Below, piece after piece: positions 57,362-57,938 of a stretch of DNA of 57,938 nucleotides. The stretch comes from an uncultured Bacilli bacterium (GTDB taxonomy: Bacteria > Bacillota_I > Bacilli_A > RF39 > UBA660), in assembly GCA_934085875.1 (NCBI GenBank), contig CAKOHQ010000002.1, positions 1-57,938 on the forward strand, given 5' to 3'. A program made the translations under genes and the position numbers. Positions within the stretch are counted from its first letter, which is position 1; each line of letters opens with the position of its first letter. The notes beneath the pieces are model-generated. The model had not been told where the DNA came from and did not search any database. It saw nothing but the letters and a program-made list of their open reading frames with translations.

Positions 57362-57572
57362 TTCTTAATTTTATTTTATATAAAAAAAAGATAGTACAAG
57401 GAGCGTTAACACGCGGTACCATCCTTTATTTAACTTAATTAATATAACGGCTATTAACCGGCGACTATTAATCGCTCTATTAGGTAGATTAAATAATTCC
57501 CATTATCGATTTTCACCAACCATCGACTCTCTTAAAATAAGATATTATTATTGTCCCAAATAATCAATTTAT
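57362..57572 (-). ncRNA. T-box riboswitch leader (serS), candidate specifier UCU
   Basis: Minus strand: Stem I AGAGAG...GGTTGGTGAAA, candidate specifier context AATCTACC, the T-box sequence GGATGGTACCGCG (57412-57424), then a hairpin and T8 before the RBS. Confidence 0.8.
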
Positions 57573-57578
57573 AATATT

Positions 57579-57606
57579 ATTATACTAAAAACTAAAACAT
57601 TGTCAA
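57579..57606 (-). promoter_or_regulatory. promoter of the serS leader
   Basis: Minus strand: TTGACA - 16 nt - TATAAT. Confidence 0.55.
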
Positions 57607-57621
57607 CCATTTATCAAAATA

Positions 57622-57936
57622 TTAAAGCATTGTAACTATCTTTTCAGATAATTTTGTTATTTTTAGTATTCTTTGAATTGGAAATCCTTCTTTTTTTAAT
57701 TCTTTTGCTAAAGATAACTTTTCTTTATGTAAGGCTTGTTCTTTTGTTTCAAGTTCTTGCTCCTTAACTTCTAGATTTTGCTCCTTAACTTCTAGATTTT
57801 GTTTTTTCATTTCAAGCTCTCTCTCATGCTCAAGCGCCATCTCCTGTTTTACTTTCTCAGTTTCTATATAATTATATGTTACTGGATCTCCTTCTCTAAA
57901 ATCTAATCTTGACATATAGTCCATTATATTCTCCAC
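57622..57936 (-). CDS. hypothetical coiled-coil protein (at the window edge)
   Basis: 104-aa ORF with the heptad-like repeats KQNLEVKEQNLEVKEQELETKEQ and a C-terminal KKEGFPIQRILKITKLSEKIV (HTH-like). Confidence 0.35.
   Translation of the reverse strand: MENIMDYMSRLDFREGDPVTYNYIETEKVKQEMALEHERELEMKKQNLEVKEQNLEVKEQELETKEQALHKEKLSLAKELKKEGFPIQRILKITKLSEKIVTML
57760..57801. repeat. two perfect tandem copies of a 21-bp unit inside the coiled-coil ORF
   Basis: CTCCTTAACTTCTAGATTTTG x2. It encodes the repeated KEQNLEV heptad. Confidence 0.8.
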
Positions 57937-57938
57937 TT

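Noticed and set aside
57760-57801. Tandem 21-bp repeats as a possible CRISPR or minisatellite
   Set aside because: There are only two copies with no spacers. They are in frame within a coiled-coil ORF, so this is a coding heptad duplication.

Overview
Very AT-rich chromosomal segment from an endospore-forming Firmicute. Sporulation markers are sigK, a SpoVB-like flippase, a sporulation-type DD-carboxypeptidase, ylbD/ylbE-like genes and sirA/yneF-like synteny. Most genes are ordinary minus-strand housekeeping loci: tsf, rpsB, dut, nrdDG, ppdK, rpmF, hup, serS with a T-box leader, and tRNA-Pro, tRNA-Met and tRNA-Ala. The main result is that sigK is split. Its 5' segment (13655-13991) and 3' segment (27499-27867) are separated by a 13.5-kb skin-like intervening element (13992-27499) that ends in a large serine recombinase gene. 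The junctions share a 5-bp AAATG core flanked by a perfect 9-bp inverted repeat. The cargo is not phage-like. It holds decayed conjugative-element remnants (truncated T4 coupling protein, XRE regulators), a tRNA-Pro(UGG) next to an editing-domain-less ProRS, and a tightly packed eight-gene minus-strand array. That array runs: C-terminally truncated RelA/SpoT homolog, NifB-like radical SAM, NifD-like subunit (frameshifted as assembled), NifH-like ATPase, two more radical-SAM-type proteins, a GT-A-like protein, then ProRS. This orphan nitrogenase-like system matches no characterised Nif/Bch/Cfb/Mar gene context that I know, and it is my best candidate for an undescribed system. Other observations: an 87-bp duplication of the dut 3' end plus terminator that gives a GNAT gene a dUTPase motif-V tail; a frameshifted GNAT-NUDIX fusion; a wing-less orphan response regulator; an S2 protein with a Rho-N/SAP-like tail; a 723-aa orphan prepilin-type protein; a sigma factor with extra region-4-like repeats; and a LexA-box-like operator in front of a Y-family polymerase/YolD pair. 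All calls come from reading the sequence and the ORF translations, and no database search was possible.
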